NCBI GenBank assembly: GCA_032249095.1
Contig: JAVVGN010000085.1
Span: 1 to 7,508, forward strand
Direction of reading: 5' to 3'
Source: Candidatus Caldarchaeales archaeon
GTDB lineage: Archaea > Thermoproteota > Nitrososphaeria_A > Caldarchaeales > Calditenuaceae
Length of the DNA: 7,508 nucleotides
Both the position numbers and the translations under genes were made by a program. Positions within the stretch are counted from its first letter, which is position 1, and the number at the start of each line of letters is the position of its first letter. The notes below the pieces were generated by a model that was given only the letters and a program-made list of their open reading frames with translations, ran no database searches and had not been told where the DNA came from. Positions 5,376 to 7,508 of this stretch are shown here, in pieces.

Positions 5376-6176
5376 CTAGACTTTTAGGGCCTCCGCGAGC
5401 GGCATCTTTCTGAAGCCCCGTATCTCCCCCGGAGCCTCGGTCGCGTCTATGAAGACGGTCCGCGGATAAAGGGTGGTGACCCAGCTCAGCAGCCTCGAGG
5501 CGTATTCGAGCTTGAGCAGCTTCCTCGACGCCCAACCCTCCGCCTGCTTCAGAAGGCTCGAGTAGACCCCTATACCGCAGCCCGGGCACATCCCGATCGT
5601 CACAATCTTCGCGGCGCCGAGCGCTGCACATATCGCTACAGCCCTGTCGCCGTCCGTGAAGCCGCCGAGGTTGTGTATGTGTCCAGAGGGTGGGCACTGG
5701 CAGGTGGCCTCAACCCTCTCTGAGAGGGTCTTAGGCAGCTCCTCTATCCTCTCTATGTTGTCTCCATGCGCGTGTATCACCAAGATGGCCCCGCGGCGCC
5801 ACGCCTCGAATATGTCCTCCAAGTCTCCGTCTAGGTCGGTGACCACTATGTCTGGGGTAAGGCCGGCGTCGAGGATCGGCGAGGTGGCTGTGTCTGCCGA
5901 GACCAAGAGTGTGCCGCTGGGACTAAGATTCTTCAAGGCCTCTGCCTCCCTCCTCACGGAGTCGTAGGCGCCGGCCACTACGACGCGGCTCGCGCCCCTG
6001 AGCATACGCCCCATTACTCCCTTCAGGCACGGCCTCCCACCCATGAAGCTCGCCAGGAGCCACGCGGCCCTCTCATCCATGTCGCGTGAGAAACCGAATG
6101 AGGCCAGTATCTCCTCGTACCAGTCGAGCCAGCCCGCCGGAGGCTCCGGAGCCTCCTCAGGCGCTCCGCAAGTCAT
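5376..6176 (-). CDS. mptE: 6-hydroxymethyl-7,8-dihydropterin pyrophosphokinase, archaeal MptE type (DUF115)
   Basis: The 266-aa product has the MptE/DUF115 signatures VVTDLDGD and IHAHGDN. It is overlapped by and co-oriented with mptA. Confidence 0.8.
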   Translation of the reverse strand: MTCGAPEEAPEPPAGWLDWYEEILASFGFSRDMDERAAWLLASFMGGRPCLKGVMGRMLRGASRVVVAGAYDSVRREAEALKNLSPSGTLLVSADTATSPILDAGLTPDIVVTDLDGDLEDIFEAWRRGAILVIHAHGDNIERIEELPKTLSERVEATCQCPPSGHIHNLGGFTDGDRAVAICAALGAAKIVTIGMCPGCGIGVYSSLLKQAEGWASRKLLKLEYASRLLSWVTTLYPRTVFIDATEAPGEIRGFRKMPLAEALKV

Positions 6177-7071
6177 CCAGCTCTCCGAGAGTTGCTGAGA
6201 GGTGCGCCATCATGTCGTAGTTGTGGAGGCTCTCTATGCTCCTTACCTCGACGATTATCCTGGTCTGGGGTGCTAGGAAGCCGAAGCTCAGCTTGACCGA
6301 GGATGCGATGAGCCTCACCACGTCCTCGGCAAAGAGAGGGTTGCTCAGCGCCCTAACCACGAGCTCGCCTTCATCTATCCTCTTCAAGAGATCGTAGGTG
6401 GAGCCGCTCATACACTTCTTCACGATGTCCGCAAGCTCGAGCAGGTCCACGGAGGAGCCGTCGGTCAGGAGGAGTCTAACGGTGGCTATCGTCCTCTGCA
6501 TGTGTGTCCCAGCTACCTCGGACAGGCGCGAGCCACCCGGGCCGTTGAGGCCGGCCAGGGTCCTCACAACCTCTTGGGCGCAAGGGCACGCCGTCACACC
6601 GTTGACCCTGACACCCACCCCCCTCCTAGTCTCTACGCCGCCGCTCCTGCGCGCCGAGGCGTAGGCCCAGACACCGACCGACTCGTAGGACCTGTTCATG
6701 CTCCGCGGAGCCTCAACGATCCTGAAGAGCTCGCCGCTCAGCTCGCAGCTCGCGCGGCTCGAGTAGCTGTGCCTCGAGAGGAGCTCTGTGGCTATGGATG
6801 CGCAGAGGTCCTCCAGCCTCACCCGTCCTTCCTGAGCCCTGCTCCAGACGTCGAAGACAGCCTGGTAGCTCCGGCTTGCGTGTATCGCTCTCTGCCCCTC
6901 GGGCAGGTCGACATAGACGCTGACCAGGGGGCGCTGGACCATCCACACCCCGCCTCCCACGTGGATTGTGGTTAGGGGGACGCGGATCCTGTAGAGCCCC
7001 ACCTTGCCGACCCTTATCGGGACCAGCGAGGGGCCAGACTGGACGTCAGGCAGCTCCAACTCGCTCCTCAA
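6157..7071 (-). CDS. mptA: GTP cyclohydrolase MptA (FolE2/GTP cyclohydrolase IB-IV family)
   Basis: The 304-aa product has LPDVQ near the N-terminus followed by RVGKVG, then IHASRS (the HxSR motif), TACPCAQE (the CPC motif) and GTHMQRT. The only start upstream of LPDVQ is TTG at 7071. Confidence 0.88.
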   Translation of the reverse strand: MRSELELPDVQSGPSLVPIRVGKVGLYRIRVPLTTIHVGGGVWMVQRPLVSVYVDLPEGQRAIHASRSYQAVFDVWSRAQEGRVRLEDLCASIATELLSRHSYSSRASCELSGELFRIVEAPRSMNRSYESVGVWAYASARRSGGVETRRGVGVRVNGVTACPCAQEVVRTLAGLNGPGGSRLSEVAGTHMQRTIATVRLLLTDGSSVDLLELADIVKKCMSGSTYDLLKRIDEGELVVRALSNPLFAEDVVRLIASSVKLSFGFLAPQTRIIVEVRSIESLHNYDMMAHLSATLGELDDLRSA

Positions 7072-7150
7072 AATATTCTCTCAACATCAGCCCCGCCAAC
7101 CCTGATATTAACTATTAACTTACTATCAAGGATAGTGTCCGGATAAGACT

Positions 7151-7158
7151 TTAAATAC
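7151..7158. promoter_or_regulatory. TATA-like element TTTAAATA (reads TATTTAAA on the other strand) in the AT-rich region upstream of mptA
   Basis: A strong TATA-like octamer lies 80 nt from the mptA start. It could serve mptA (minus strand, with a leader) or a + strand transcript running into repeat copy B. A second AT-rich candidate for mptA is at 7103-7118. Orientation is unresolved. Confidence 0.3.
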
Positions 7159-7304
7159 CCTCGAGGATAGATGCTTTTCAGATTTAGCGGTTTACAACAG
7201 CCCCTCCAAAACGTGCTGCCCTCGCCTCGACATACTTATCGGGTTAGAGATAAAACAGGAGAGAGATGAGTTCGAGATTAAGTTGCCTAAATCAGTCTGG
7301 CCTT

Positions 7305-7461
7305 GGGTATCCGTATAGTGTTGTTTGTCTTTTTCCCCTGAATATTACCTCGTTTCCCCATAGGTCTAGCTGTATTGGTATGTTTACGTGTTCTATACGC
7401 CTAGTATGTGTCTTAGTTTAGATTTCTCCTTCTTAATAACGCCTATCTCCCTCGATAGTGT
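7305..7461 (+). repeat. AT-rich direct repeat, copy B (paralog of 436-590)
   Basis: See copy A: 82 of 91 nt identical over 7305-7395, then gapped similarity to about 7461. The window ends at 7508, so whatever follows copy B is not visible. Confidence 0.85.
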
Positions 7462-7508
7462 CCAAATAAGCATTTTTGCTCACCTCCCCCTCGCAGCCTG
7501 ATAGTATA

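Noticed and set aside
436-7461. Direct repeats as att sites of an integrated virus, plasmid or genomic island
   Set aside because: No integrase and no tRNA target are present. The repeats are 10-20% diverged and much longer than typical att cores. The bracketed block contains core metabolism genes (MTAP, mptA, mptE) with host-like composition.

Overview
GC-rich archaeal (crenarchaeon-like) window. The evidence is archaeal-specific pterin genes, TATA boxes about 22-25 nt upstream of start codons (leaderless geometry), and Arg/Glu-rich proteins. Secure genes: S-methyl-5'-thioadenosine phosphorylase (4571-5356, +) and an overlapping mptA-mptE pterin-biosynthesis pair (7071-5376, -). Less certain genes: a minus-strand cassette of three uncharacterised genes (4391-3070) and a small AbrB/SpoVT-like gene (138-404, +). 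The unusual part is 405-3069. It runs from an AT-rich segment (about 38% G+C), into a 1.3-kb island (708-2005) with no credible ORF. That island is about 73-75% G+C in hand-counted lines, G-skewed on the + strand, full of local hairpins and palindromes, and carries a repeated 14-mer, TCCTCGGTCGGGGG. The island runs directly into a compact 287-aa ORF (2006-2869) that is lower in G+C. This ORF has the ordered D..D..DxxD RuvC-like signature and an HhH/Transposase_20-like tail of IS110-family recombinases. A 98-nt extended helix follows 2 nt after its stop codon. IS110/IS1111 enzymes are now known to be guided by element-encoded bridge/seek RNAs, so I read this as a candidate archaeal RNA-guided recombinase locus with an unusually large non-coding partner. 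That reading is unproven. The block from 436 to 7461 is bracketed by diverged AT-rich direct repeats of about 155 nt (436-590 and 7305-7461). I found no rRNA, tRNA, CRISPR array or cas genes.
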